The position numbers were made by a program, and so were the translations under genes. Positions 12,000 to 24,784 of a stretch of DNA of 64,000 bases are shown in pieces. Under the pieces are notes generated by a model. It saw only the letters and a program-made list of their open reading frames with translations, was not told the DNA's origin and made no database searches. Positions within the stretch are counted from its first letter, which is position 1, and the number at the start of each line of letters is the position of its first letter. Source of the stretch: Podarcis gaigeae (taxonomy: Eukaryota); the NCBI GenBank assembly GCA_964106915.2, contig OZ066918.1. One strand, 5' to 3'.

Positions 12000-12182
12000 C
12001 GGTCACAAACCCGCCCGTCCACCCCCGAGCTGCTGCTCCGGCTTTAACGCAACAAGAGCCCCGTAAGAGATGGGCTGAAGGCCGCTTCCAAGCCTTCGCT
12101 TTGCAAAGGCTGGTGCTGCTGCCTCTGCCTCCCCTTCCTTTCATTCCCCCAGAGGCTACGCAGTCCGCCCTGCTAACAGCAA
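12000..12182 (+). other. FAM53B: Candidate non-coding first exon 1a of FAM53B (start approximate)
   Basis: Strong donor CAA|GTGAGT at 12183, downstream of the CCAAT boxes. Confidence 0.5.
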
Positions 12183-12389
12183 GTGAGTGGTGGCTGCTGC
12201 TGCAGCAGCTGCTGCTATTGCTGCTTGCAAGGGACTTGCAATTAGCAGGAGCCCGGAACGAGCTCAGCCCAGCGCCTTTCACTTATCATTTTATTATTTT
12301 ATTCAAATTCCAACCCCCTCCTATACTTTTTTTTTTTTTAAGCAAGCCGCACTCGCTGAGAAAACAACCCAGGAAGTGACAAGCCCATT

Positions 12390-12539
12390 TCCTTTCTCCG
12401 GGAGGATCAGTCCAATACAGCACCGCCGTTTCGGCAGGGGAGTCCTGGCGCAGCCTTGGCAAGATTGCGAAGCTTCCCGCAGGGACACACGCGCAGCGGG
12501 GCGGCTTGGTGACGCGGGGTCCCAAATCCTCTAGCCGTG
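12390..12539 (+). other. FAM53B: Candidate alternative non-coding first exon 1b of FAM53B (start approximate)
   Basis: Donor GTG|GTAAGA at 12540, downstream of the ETS motif, in CpG-rich sequence. Confidence 0.45.
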
Positions 12540-13998
12540 GTAAGAGAAGGTGGCCTTTGAGCGCTTGCACGCGGACCTTCCCTTCTGCAAATCCTCTCTC
12601 CACCCCCCCCCCGTCTTTCTCCCTCGTTGGTCTCGTCCTGGGCAGATATTGTTACAATGTGTAGAATAGTAGAGCGGAGACACTTTCATTCCCCTCTCGG
12701 ACAGAGAGAGAGAAAGAGAGGCTTTCTTGATGGCTTGAGGTGGAAGCTATTTATTATCTGTTATTTCCTTCTCTCTCCCCCCCTCCCTTCTCCACTTTTC
12801 AATTTTTATTTTGTTGGTGTTTGGGAAATTCTGCTCCCGCTTCCTTGCCGGTGCCTGGGATGAGGAGATGACAGGAGCGATCAGAGACAGGGGACCAAGT
12901 TCCTATTGCTGCTACTGCAAAGGCTGCTATTGGCATTCCGGAAAGGAGCAAGCGGGGAATGCACGATGGTGATCGATCTGGGGTGTGTGCGTGCGGGTGT
13001 GCTCCTTTAACCCGGTTTCTAACTGCTGTCATTATCAGCAAACAAGAGAGGCGAGCTTAGAGAAGGGACAAGAGGTTGGGGGGGGGGAGCTGGGGTGAGT
13101 TTAGGAATTATCATTTTGTTTATTGAACTTTACGTGTGGACAAGGAAAAGGCTGCCTGCCCTGATTGATTGAACTGAGACCGTGCACTGGGGCTGCTGCT
13201 AACCAACTGGAAGTGTGCTAACATTTCCCCCCCTCCCCCTCCTAGCAACCCCCCATGGTTAGATGTATTCCTCTTCTGTTTCTTCTTTACGTAGCCATAA
13301 CTATAAATATGGTGATGATAATTTGATGGGAGTGAGACTTTACTGTATGGATTGCATTTGCACATGGCGAAAGAATCTGCCCTTGAAAGGCTCTTTTAAA
13401 GTTAAGAGTTTTGCAGTACGTCATTGATTTGTCAGCTATATGAGAGTTTAGTCCTCAGGCTTCATTTCTCTTTCCCCTTTCATGAAAATGTAGAAGTCGG
13501 CCTGGACACAAGCAGGCTGACAAACGCTTCGTTATTCATGAGTGTTTTATATCTCTCTTCATAACAGCAGTTGCCAGCATGTTTATGTCTGTACGTCCCA
13601 TTTGCCCTTGCACCCCATATTTTTCACATTTTATTTTTAGCTCTTTTTCTCGTTTCTCGGGATAATGTTTCTGCATACTGTGAGCCTCAGTGAGTGTATT
13701 GTGCATGATGATTTTGTTATGCTTGATCAATGGAAGGCTGTCATAGTCTTTGCTCCAAACCACCATTATATCACTGGCAGTCTACTCAGATGTGACTTAT
13801 ACGTTTGCATGTATTCAGGTAGCTTATGCTTCCATTAAAACAAGCTCAGCATGAAGTTGAATTTAGTATTCACTTTTTTGGGGGGGGGTGTAGTATGACT
13901 AACTAGCATAACCAGTTATCTTTTTTTTAAAGATAATCATAGATTAAATGTGTTACTTTCCTGAATTCTCAATTACATCTTGCTTTTACAGAGCCTAG

Positions 13999-14102
13999 GG
14001 GTGGCATTCAACTAAGGTTTACTCCAAGTCTGTGAACGTGACTAAGTTAAATTCATTAATTTCAATGTGTCTACTCTGAAAAAAAGCGGTTGACCACCAC
14101 CC
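13999..14102. mobile_element. ~110-bp hairpin MITE (GGGTG...CACCC family), decayed
   Basis: Homologous to 24667-24784 and 47329-47446. Confidence 0.6.
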
Positions 14103-15028
14103 TAGGTTTCTTATAAAGTTTGCTTTGAGTAGGTAAATGGATGTCATAGTATTGATCAACCAGCATGTTAATAGCATTGTATGCATAAGCCATGTTACAA
14201 GTACTGATGAAAGTAACAGCGCTCCTTGTTCTTCAGTGTGTCTTGGACTGTAGTTTTTGTGTGTGTGTGCGTGCGTATGCTTACACTCTTCAACAGGTGG
14301 TGCAGGACACACTAGTGGGTCACAGCCTGAGCCAAGGTGGGCCACAACAGGGGCTCTATCACTATGCAAATATATGGCAAAAGATCAATAAATGGGTTCC
14401 CAAATGCATGTTTCAGTTAAAGGGGAATACTGGGTCTGAAAAGTTTCTAGACTCCTGCTCTAGATGAACTTTGTGCAGATCAGATATTTGGTATTAAATT
14501 GGTTAACAGTTTGCAGATTGTTAGCACTGTAAAAGAAATCTTGAGGGAGACTGTAAAATCCGGAGTAGACTCCTTGGTTTCACAGCCCCTTTTTGGATCA
14601 AGGGAAATGGTGCCTTTTGCTGAGATGATTTAGGAGTGTGCTCTCATATGTAGTCTTGGCAGCACAGCGGACGTAGGCTGCTTGATTACAAGCTCTGCCC
14701 TGTGTTCGGGAGACCACAGTGCAGTTTGACTATAGGGAAAAGATACAAAGCCAACTAAGCAAGCGATACTGTGAGAGAACAGGCATGCAACCAGAGAATG
14801 GTACTAATTATGAAATTGGATGCATATTTGTTACAGGATTTTGCCCCACCCCCAGTGTGAAAAACACCTTACATTTGGCTTCACTGATTAATGTTAACCC
14901 ACATATTCGTACTGGGTTAACAAAATAATTTATTTCCCTTTTTCTATCATTTTTTTTTAAAATCTGAACTGAGGAATGGTTCTGTTAAACTTAAATGCTT
15001 GCATAGTAACAGAAAAATAAGAGTACTG

Positions 15029-15029
15029 G

Positions 15030-15067
<38 letters not shown>
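15029..15067. repeat. (GTT)n microsatellite
   Basis: Directly visible. Confidence 0.97.
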
Positions 15068-15068
<1 letters not shown>

Positions 15069-17329
15069 TACTGCCCTATGAGACAATCCTATATATGTTT
15101 ATTCATAATTAAGCCCCACTGCATTTAGTGGGGCTTATTCCATAGTTTTTAAGATTTCACCCTCTGTTTGTTTGGCTTTTTCTTGCAAAAGCCTTCATCA
15201 ATACCTGCTAGATTATTTTCCTAGAATCTGAAATGCACAAGAAGACCTTTATCAGGGACAATCCAGTAAGGACAGATTAAACAACCTGTGTTTATTTGAT
15301 AAGCAATTAGGTATTCAGCCAGAGAATGGAGTTGAGCTTTGCATTTTGAACTGAACAAGTTAAATTTTCTCTCCACATCAGTTGTGTGTAGCTAACGCAT
15401 TTGGAGATTTGAGTAAATATTTCCTTTTTCAATGAAGCTGACACACTGGCCACGGACAAGTTCCTATTGCTATGTCTTTGCAGGGTTCTTTTTTGATCAA
15501 TCCATGAAAGTGTAGGTGAGACTTGAAAGCTGATGGATGTTTCTCACAGCCAGATTACCATAAGATGGTCCAAGGAGTACTGGGGAGGTGCCCAGGAAAT
15601 CCTAAAATTATGCAACTCTACTCTTACATGATTACCCATCCACCTATCAATTAAATAGTTTCTCTCTAGTAGTTGGCATACTTCCATATTTCCTATTCAT
15701 TTTGAAGCTACATTTTAGAAGATGTCTTCCGAATCTTAGGTTAGAAATATTCCAAAATTTGGTCAGTTCAGAACTGTAGAACGTAAGGAAAAATAATGTT
15801 GTTAGATCCAACTGACAGTTGGAGAACAATTACTTGACAAGGCTGCAAAACTATGGGCAACATACTTCCATTGCCTACTTGCTCAATGGAAATCCGCTTG
15901 CAGAGTAGGAGTTTCGGTTTCTCTTCTCCATCCTTTTCACGTGCCCTCAAATCTGCTTGGACAGAATCCAAATGCTCCAGAGTAGATGTTGGGGTTCAAA
16001 GGGGTGTGTGTGTGCTCTGACCCTGTCTATTTTGCCCTATGCTGTACTTTACCAGAGTCCAGTTTTCAGCTGGGTAATTCAATTGGCTGATCTGTTTTTT
16101 TAAAATATTAAGTGGTTTAGAAATGCTTTTAAATAATATTACACTAAGATAACAATTTCTCTCCAAGTAATACAATATGAAATAATTAAGGTTAATGGGG
16201 CACAGTTTTTCATGTAGCTAACACATGTGTCCTTGGAAACCTTTGGCCACTTTCACTCAGATTGGAAGTAGGCTTATCTCTATAGATATCTCTGTAGAGA
16301 AATTATGTTTAAAGCAAGCCACAATTTATTATGTAATATGTTGATAAAAGGAGGCTTCAGCTTTAGATTCGACCCAGATGTTAAAGGTTTTATTTCTAAA
16401 TGCTTTTAAAAAAATTACTGGTGAGCATAAATATCACACCAGGTTTAAAGTGACTTCCAAGCTGCAGAAAGTAATGTTGGCTTGCAGTAATCAGGATTTA
16501 AAACATTATCTACTCCAGGAGCATTTGGTCTCTCCTCCCGAAATCCTATTTAATTCCATTCACTTCTCAAACACTCAATTTTCATAACTCTGCCTTGAAA
16601 GAATGGTTTGCTCTACAGTCGTGATATACATGGTGTCAGTGTGGCCTGACCTACCTCACTTGGTCATATGCTTTAAACATCACGGCTTTCGATATTTGCA
16701 AGGAAAGAAAATGCTTCTATATCCACTTTCAACAAATAAAACGCACACGGTGATTTCGTAGGTGATTGGAGAAGTGGTCATATAAATGGGCTAGCAGTAG
16801 AGCCAGTGGAGTGATCAATAAAATGTAATAAGTGAAATGCAGCTCATGTTTGTATGGCTGTCGCTTAAAAATCTGGCATAGAGATTGTTCTCCTTTCTTC
16901 TTCAGAGGTAATGCCGTACCACAATATTTCCACTGGTTCATGAATGGTTGCTTTGCATTGAGGTAGTACTACATACATGGATATGTCTATTGAAGCTGGG
17001 CTTTGTACATATTCTGCTTTAGATTCAGTTCTTTCCGTATAATGCTGCATTGTATTTAATTCTGTCCCTTTTTTCTATTTTTGTTGTCTTAGTATTTATT
17101 GCACCAGCAAACAGTGTTTTACAGAATAGCAAAAGTATATAAAAAAGCCCTCATTCTGTTTAAATACCAAAGAGCCTTGCTGATCTTTAAGGTGGCCTGA
17201 GGCCCTTTTATGGTCTAGACTCCACTTCATCAAGTAGTTGATGAATGTTTCTGCTGTGAAACATTTGTCAGGTTTGCAAGGGACTCTGTTATTTTTGCTA
17301 CAGAGTTGTACCCTTGGAAGTTTTGTTGG

Positions 17330-17476
17330 TAAGGGTGGCAGTGGTTAATCTGTGCCCCCCCCCCCCGGTGTTGCTGGCCTACAACTCCCATCTCTTAAGA
17401 ACTGGCCTTGCTACCTGGGGCTGATGGGAACTGGAGTCCTAAAGATCTGAAGAGTCAGACGTTAACTGGCCCCAGC
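17330..17476. mobile_element. Palindromic hAT-like MITE (ctacaactcccat...gatgggagttgtagtcc family)
   Basis: Inverted internal motifs. Related copies at about 56380-56490 and 59440-59520. Confidence 0.6.
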
Positions 17477-17741
17477 TTGGAGGAAGTGCTCAAATCAAAT
17501 CAAATAGTGTATAAAGGAGCAAATGCATTCAGAAACCATTACATTTTATCACCCTGAACATCTCACATGAGAAATATTTAGGACTAGCTGTGTAGATCTT
17601 CAGTTCTTTCGGATCAGTTCATTTAAGGAGCTACTTAATTCAGCCTGTTTGTGGATGCATGGAAGCCTCATTATACAAGAGCAGGATGGAGGCAGAATTG
17701 CTACGGTCAAAGTGCAAAACTTGGGGTGTTTGATTTGCTTT

Positions 17742-17948
17742 TCCTTCCAGTAGCACCTTAAAGACCAACTAAGTCAGTTCTTGGTATGAGCTTTCGTGTG
17801 CATGCACACTTCTTCAGATACCTGAAGAAGTGTGCATGCACACGAAAGCTCATACCAAGAACTGACTTAGTTGGTCTTTAAGGTGCTACTGGAAGGATTT
17901 TTTTTTGGTTTTGACTATGGTAGACCAACACGGCTACCTATCTGTAAC
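17742..17948 (+). mobile_element. Penelope-like element (PLE) terminal-repeat fragment with inverted duplication
   Basis: Perfect 76-bp inverted repeat (17742-17817 / 17822-17897), then the tail ...agaccaacacggctacc typical of reptile PLEs. TSD TGATTTGCTTT(T) at 17731 and 17949. Confidence 0.85.
17783..17822 (-). ncRNA. Minimal type I hammerhead ribozyme motif (PLE-associated)
   Basis: Minus strand reads GGUAU-CUGAAGA-A-GUGUGCAUGCACAC-GAAA-GCUC-AUACC: stem I GGUAU/AUACC, CUGANGA and GAAA boxes, stem II, and palindromic AGCU stem III. Confidence 0.75.
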
Positions 17949-18490
17949 TGATTTGCTTTTGTTAGAGAAGCCCTTACCACATTGCTTTTTAAAATTTGGT
18001 GCGTGTTTGGCCTGCTTTACTAGTGGTAGGAGTGTTGCTGTGACAAAAAAGATAACTGTACAAGCACAGCAAGTTTGGCTGTATTGTGGCCATGATATTT
18101 ACTAGAAAATATGGGTGTTTGCTGTTATACTGTTAGCCCTGGGGCCTAGTTTGGGTCTGACATGGAGGGATGGGCATGAACTAGCTGGATGTCAGACACC
18201 CAATTAAGCAGACAGGAACCAAGGATAAGAGGCATGTGATGCAGTCACGAAGAGTCTGTGTTATGTACTAGGACGAGTTCCTGACACTAGCAGACCAGCT
18301 TAGAAAGAAGGGATTTATAGGGCCTGGTGACTTTCCACTATGGACCAACACCTGGACCGCTGCTTCAGCCTAGAAGGAGCCCTTGCCCTATGAATAGCTG
18401 GATCCATCTGTTTGGCTGAAGGACTAGAGTGCTGGTGGCTGCTGGAGGCCATTTTTAAAGATATTTGCCTTGTTTAAGCTTATGTTTAAC

Positions 18491-18742
18491 GTCAGTGTGG
18501 TGTAGTGGTTAAGAGCGGAAGTCTTGTAATCTGGTGAACTGGGTTCGTGTCTCCGCTCCTCCTCATGCAGCTGCTGGGTGACCTTGGGCTAGTCACACTT
18601 CTCTGAAGTCTCTCAGCCCCACTCACCCCACAGAGTATTTGTTGTGGGGGAGGAAGGGAGAGGAAGGGAAAGGAGAATGTTAGCCGCTTTTAGACTCCTT
18701 TGGGTAGTGATACAGTGGGATATCAAATCCAAACTACTACTC
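18491..18742 (+). mobile_element. tRNA-derived squamate SINE (Squam3-like)
   Basis: A box (tggtgtagtgg), B box (gggttcgtgtctcc), body gctgggtgaccttgggctagtcac, tail gatatcaaatccaaactactac. Confidence 0.85.
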
Positions 18743-21384
18743 AAATCCAAATGAACCTGCCCACATAGGTAGGAAATATGAATAAGCAACAGCATATTTC
18801 TAACCTCGGACTAGCTTCTCAAGAAATAAGACAAGGGCTATTGATTCTGCCTATTTTTTTTTTGCTATGACAGCTTTCTACATGAATGATGGAGCCATTG
18901 CTATGACTACTCCAACTTAAGCATTTACAAACATTTTTGTTAAAATTCAGGTAATACCGGGGAGATCAAAATCTGATTTGAGGGCAACTGAAGTGCTTGA
19001 CTTTTCTTCTCACCGTCCCCAGCCCCCAAAGTGAAGCAAATAGCAGAATATATGCTGTAATAAAATTTTGTTACTGGAGCAAGGAGCAGGGAGGAGTAAG
19101 TAGGACAGGCATTATTCTGTTTAAATGAAGTCACTGTTGGCAAAACAGAAAGTTATTTGACTGGGAAATATTCGGTGTCTCTCTCTCACACACACACCCT
19201 GGCAGTCCTAGTTGCCTAGTTGTTGTTGTTTTTTTGTAAGTTAAATTTGTCAATACATCTGAAAAGGTTTGGATTGGTTTTGCATATTGTGTGTGTGAGA
19301 GAGAAACAGGGCCTTCTCTGCTATTTAGATGGCTGAGATGGGCAACCACAGAAAGCAGGTTTTAAGGGTATTGTTAAAGGGCACATTGTCAATTACTTCA
19401 TTCATTTTAATATTTATTTACTGCAATGGAGGAACCAAATACCAAAATATATTTTGAGGGGGGAAAAGTTGTTTATTTCTAAACACACTTTTACAGTAGC
19501 CATCTCAAATATCATGTTGTTTGCATACATTTAAAAGCCATGTCTCCATAATACCACATAGATAGATAAACTTAAGATCCAGTTCACTCACAGAGCTGTG
19601 TAATTCATAGCCCACCGGAGATTGTTTGAGCTAGACCCATTTTAGATATTCATGTAATTAAGAACAAGTCCAGGTCTCATGTTGCCAATTCACATATGAA
19701 TTCCACATACATATCCATGTATGTAGGCAGTTGCTTATTTACATATATAACTCTTGAATCTGGCCTAATGTTTCAAACCATGCCTGCATTAACACTTCCT
19801 TTTCTTGATTAGTTATATTCTTTCTGGTATGACAGACATTGAGCTCTGAAGAAGTAAGAGAAAAAAGGCTGACCAGCTCATATATCTGCCGTTGAAACTA
19901 AAAATATTGTGCTATTTTATTCTTGTCTAAAAATTATTTTTTAAGGCTGAAACATCTAATAAATTAATATATCAATGTTAATTATATTGATTAAACAATG
20001 TACTTCAAAGGTTATTCTTCCTCTTTCACGATGTTCATACCTTTTATCCCATTTTCTCCACCAGGTAGGAGGGGGACCATGGCAGAAGCCGTCTCTGGTG
20101 ACTAAGGAAACAAAGAACATCGCTGAAGGATTTTGGATACCTGTGCATTTCAAAGGTATATGAAATACATAGCCATACATATTTCTAGAGTTGTTTTCAC
20201 CATCTCTTACTAGAAGGGAGGGTGTCAGGCAGTATGTACATGATGGCAAACGGCTGGGCTCTTTGTAATGATCTGTAAGGAACAGTATAGGAATAAATTG
20301 TTTTCAGAACCTTCCCTTTGGAAGCCTCAATGAACATTAACCAATACAAGTTACAGCTTTGCTATTAATGAATTTGGGTTTCATGGATTAATTTGACTCT
20401 TTCTTTGAAACAATGTTCTATTGATCTAGTGTTGTCCTTTGGGCAAAACGTTCAACATGGCCTTGAGAACCGACTTCAAGTTGGAGCACGGTCACTGCCT
20501 TGCTGGGTGTCCTCTCTGAAGCGCCTCGTGAGGCATGCTCTTATCTGTAAAATGCTAACAAAGACATAGCTTTCATTCTCACAACTCATTCTGCAAGTTA
20601 TCATGATTATTAGATTAGCTAATACAGTTTCTGCAAAAGCTCATTTTCTGCAAAAGCATATTGCGTACAAAGTATCACCAGTGTTTCGCCCCCCCCCCCA
20701 GCAATCTAGTATGCATGAACTATATTGCCAAGAAGTATAAAACCCTTAATCAAATGATCAAAGGTCTTTGTAAACTTTGCCCATAGAGCTTCTACCTTGA
20801 AAAAGAAGATTTGAGTTGGTATTTGGGATGCTTGGGTAGCTGCCAGGGACGCAGCACTGTGGCAAGGCTCACCCCTCTTGCTTTTTGCACTGGACTGACG
20901 CTTCAAGCAGCTAGCATAACTCTGGGGCACTGTGGAACATTAAAAGACCCAGTTGCCCAGTGCTCTTGGAAGTGCTGCCACCAACAGTCGGGTACCAGAC
21001 AGTCACAGTGCACAAAGTGGGGTGCTGCCACTGCGCAGGTTACCTGGTTGCAGTGGTCCTGCTGCTCACCAGGACCTGGACGGGATGAGACAAGGCAGTG
21101 CCAAGGGCAGAAGAGACTGAGCAGCTGCACCGCCTCAAGTTGCCAGTCTAGTGCTTCCTTTGCCCTTGCCACTCCCTTGCCCCACCTCGCCCCACCCCAG
21201 TGTTCACAAGCAGCAGCGTGGCCACAGCTAAAAAGGCAGTGCAGTGGCAGCACCACAACTACTACTTGGTCCCCCCTCAAACCTGGAATTAGCCCTAAGA
21301 GATAGATTTTTCCACAAGTAGGGTTCTCAGATGCTCCCTAACCTACCTTATTTTATTTTATCCTTGAGCTTGACACCAAAGGTA

Positions 21385-21776
21385 CTGTATATACTCGAGT
21401 ATAAGCCAACCCGAATATAAGCTGAGGCACCTAATTTTAGCACAAAAAACTGGGGAAACGTATTGACTCAAGTATAAGCCAGTTCACCACACCACAAACC
21501 TGGTGGTGGCGGCAGTGGCGGAGGAAGAACAACCAGCCTGAAAGAGCTGCTTTCGGGCTGCTCGTCCCTCTGCCGCTCACAAAAGCAGGCATACGAGTGC
21601 CACGCCTCTCCCAACTGCAGCTCCTGCCCTTGCGAGAGACGGGCGGCGGCGGGCCCAGCGGTGAGAAAGGGCTCCTTTCGCACTGTTCATCCCTCCACTA
21701 CCACCGCCCAACTCACTCGAGTATATGCACATAAAAAATGTGCTGAAAAAGTCAGCTTATACTCGAGTATATACAG
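21385..21776. mobile_element. Tc1/mariner-superfamily (Tc2/pogo-like) MITE
   Basis: Perfect 22-bp TIR CTGTATATACTCGAGTATAAGC with TA TSD. TIR motif repeated internally. Confidence 0.9.
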
Positions 21777-21969
21777 TAAGCGCTTTAATTCGAAATCATC
21801 AAAAGGTGCTGAGCTCTTGTTCCTTTGATTACTCTCTTAAATATAAAGCTTGTCACCTTAGTGTGCCTGCGGTCCTGTATTTCTGTATAAAGGTGTGCCC
21901 AAACACATCAAAAAGTGAGAAAGGAGCAGATTGTTGACACCAGTAATACTGATATCAAAACCTGTTCCC

Positions 21970-22410
21970 AAATTGACACTGTGGTTGCCAGAATGCTTAC
22001 TGGGAGAGTGAGATGGAATCTCATTGCACTGATTCAGAAAGAGTTAGATTGGTTGTCAGTTTACTTCTGGGCCAAATTCAAGATGCTGGTTCTTATCTAT
22101 TAAGCCCTAAAGGGCTTGGGACCCCAGTACATGACAGATGACCATGTTTTAAAACTCCTGGCTCCAATATTGTTATCTTTTCGGTGCTATCTTAAGGCAT
22201 ATTTGTTTGCCCAGGCATTTTAATTGGTTTAGTTTAGCCTGCTGTCTTGTTTCAATCTGCTCATCTTATTTATTGAGGTATTTTATGGTTTTATTATGGT
22301 ATATTACATTTGATATTGGGTTTGTTTACATACATGTTGTACCATGTCCTGGTAATTACATAGATGAAAGTTGGGCCAGAAGTACTTTTACAAAAAATGA
22401 ATGAATGAAT
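21970..22410 (+). mobile_element. Decayed L2 LINE 3' fragment
   Basis: Translates to L2-like LDWLSVYFWAKFKMLVLIY, followed by atttgtttgcccaggcattttaa and an (atga)n-like tail. Confidence 0.65.
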
Positions 22411-24242
22411 AAAAATGTTAGAACAGGGATATTTGAAGAAAATACATAGTTGAGCCTTTCTGAAAATGCTGTCTCAATGTGAGTCAGATCATTGGTTCAT
22501 GTAGGACATTATTGCCTACCATAACTGGTGACAAGACTCCAAGGTATTGCGACCAGAGATCTTTTTAACTGGAGGTTCTGTGGACTGAACCTGGGACATT
22601 TCCACATGCAAATGCCATGCTAACTTATGGAACCTCCTCTAAGCAGGTCTAAGGTACAGGCCCATGCCTCTCCTTCAGCCATGGAGTCTGTGGTATTTGA
22701 ACACACAACTTCACGGATGCAAGCTGGTAACAATGCAGACCTAAAGTGCTGAATCTCAAATACAGGACCTTCAGTGCATAGAGGCCAGTGCTGTTTTTTC
22801 TGTAGTCACATAGGTAGGACTCTGAACATCTTGGCTAGTATCCAGTAATGGGGTCTAGCAATATGAACATGAATTGCCCAAGCCAGCCAAAAAGTGACTT
22901 GCTTCAAACAGAAGTTGGCATCTAAGTGCACAGACCTATCTAAAGTTAGGCTACTATGGGGTACATTTTGGTGGCATCCTCTGCCCTTCCCATCAATAGC
23001 TTATGTAGCAGATGGGAAGCATGGAGATGTCTGAGATCTGTTTGAAGCATCCTTTGAGGGATTATGCACTCCTGAATGAAAATGTGTTCCCTAAAAGAAC
23101 ACAAATTCTAAGCTGTCTCTGTCAAAAAACAGCAACAATTTTCTCTTAAACTTAAGAGAACATTTATTTAATAATTTTCTTACCCAGCCTTCACCATAAG
23201 GTCTCAGGATACTGTACAAAAATGTAATCATGCAGTTTTAAAACCAAATAAAACAGTTGCAGAGCAAAATCTGAACAACAGAGACAACAGAGTGATGCTG
23301 TGATTGGAAATATTACTGGGTGTAAATTTTTAGAAAGACTTAAGCTGGGATTCAGACTTTTGGGAGCAGAGGTGTTTGTCTTTTTTCATACTTCTTTTTT
23401 GGAAAGAAAAACTGCAAGCAGTCTTAATAATATTAAAGTCTTCCATAAACTCTGTGTCTAAATTCCTTAGAGGAAGGGAATTTTATAATTTAATGGGGTA
23501 GCCAAAGCAACTGTCATGCAGTATCAGAATAATCCTGCTAAGTTAACAGACCAAAGGCAGAAAACATAGCCATGGTTCTCTTGGGCTCACTGTTCCCCTT
23601 TGGGGCAGGTTATATACTCAGCATACTTTTGCATTTGCTTTTCTAGTCATTAACTTTTGGCTTAAATAAAATAAAGTTAGAAGTTATGGTTGGATATGGC
23701 CCAATGAGATCCATGAATCTTGGATATATCTAGTACTATAAAGTTTTGGAGCTTCTCACATGTTCTTTTCTTTTGGTGTTTGTACTCCGTGTCCAGCAGA
23801 AAACATTTTTTTCCGCAGAACCCTCCTGCGAATACTTGAGATTATGCAGATTTTTATGACACCGACAAGATCATATGGAACTAGTTGCTAAGTTTGACAG
23901 ATCTTCTAGGTGACCTGGTCTAAATGCATTTGACTAGAGGTAGTTGCCAGGAACATAAAAAACGTAATGCCAAATTGCTGAAAATTGCAACAGCTCAACT
24001 AAATTCCAAACTTACATGTTCTTTTGTCATTCTCCTAGGAATGAGTCCACTTCTAAAAGTCTGGGGAAATTGCAATTAGCAGTTTGTTGCCTTTGAGAAC
24101 TAGGCAGCCATGGTGCCTAGCAGTCTTGGGTGAACTACTAAGAGTGTTTAATTTTTCACTAGGAAAAGTTCTCATCCTGTGTGCTGTGCAGATGTACTAC
24201 TAATAAGCAACACTAGAATGCTAAAGTTCTTGCATGGATCTA

Positions 24243-24410
24243 AAGGCCACATTTGCACCTAATACTAAACTAAGCTGTGGTTTGAGCTAACCTTAATGTC
24301 CGCGAGTTGTGTGCTGCTGCACACAGCTCAGGGACTCCTGCTTTGTTCCCCCCTTAGCTGAACAGGGTAACAAAGCATGGAGTGGCTGGTTTAGTGTTAT
24401 CTTTGCACAA
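24243..24410. mobile_element. Decayed interspersed repeat, with an inverted relative at about 39500-39668
   Basis: cacacagctcag and gtggctggtttag here mirror ttgagctgtgtg and ctaaaccagccac at about 39.5 kb. Confidence 0.45.
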
Positions 24411-24666
24411 TGCTATAATTAGAAAGGGAAGAAATAGTTGCAGTTTTTAATCTTGCATTTCATACCAAAATTACAAGTAGTCAAATTGAGTAAGGAGGCA
24501 CACGCTAAAAATTATTTTTAAGTCTCCCTGTTTTTAGTAGGAAGGTGAAGCTGCTGAGCATTTGCTTAATGTTTTTCAATGAAATCATAGGTATTTATTT
24601 TTTTTTGTATTTAAACAGTATACATATTTTTAAACAACATGCAGTCTTAAAAAACAAACAAACCCA

Positions 24667-24784
24667 GGGTGTATTCAACTAAGTTTTACTCAGAGTAAAT
24701 CTGTTGAAATTAATGGACCTAACTTGTTCAAGTTCATTAATTTCAACGTGTCTATTCTGAGTAAAACTTAGTTGAACGTCACCC
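24667..24784. mobile_element. ~118-bp hairpin MITE, best-preserved copy
   Basis: ttcaactaagttttactcagagta pairs with tattctgagtaaaacttagttgaa; gttgaaattaatg pairs with cattaatttcaac. Confidence 0.8.

Larger units (their letters stand above)
11850..12620 (+). promoter_or_regulatory. FAM53B: CpG-rich promoter / TSS region of FAM53B
   Basis: Largest non-repeat CpG-dense stretch in the window. CCAAT at 11883, ATTGG near 11966, TCGCGAGA at 11887-11894, ETS-type CAGGAAGTG at 12370-12378. Position between EEF1AKMT2 and FAM53B exon 2 fits the known synteny. Confidence 0.75.

Noticed and set aside
11656-12603. Overlapping 105-208 aa ORFs on both strands
   Set aside because: GC-rich promoter DNA depleted of stop codons. 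The peptides are low-complexity (poly-A/S/L from CTG/CAG tracts), several begin at non-ATG starts, and none shows recognisable homology.
18122-18833. Possible solo LTR (TG...CA) interrupted by the Squam3-like SINE
   Set aside because: No TSD or second copy is visible, so the evidence is insufficient.
20811-21305. 164-aa and 125-aa ORFs in a GC-rich patch
   Set aside because: No recognisable domain or splice signals. More likely an unclassified repeat, which I could not delimit.
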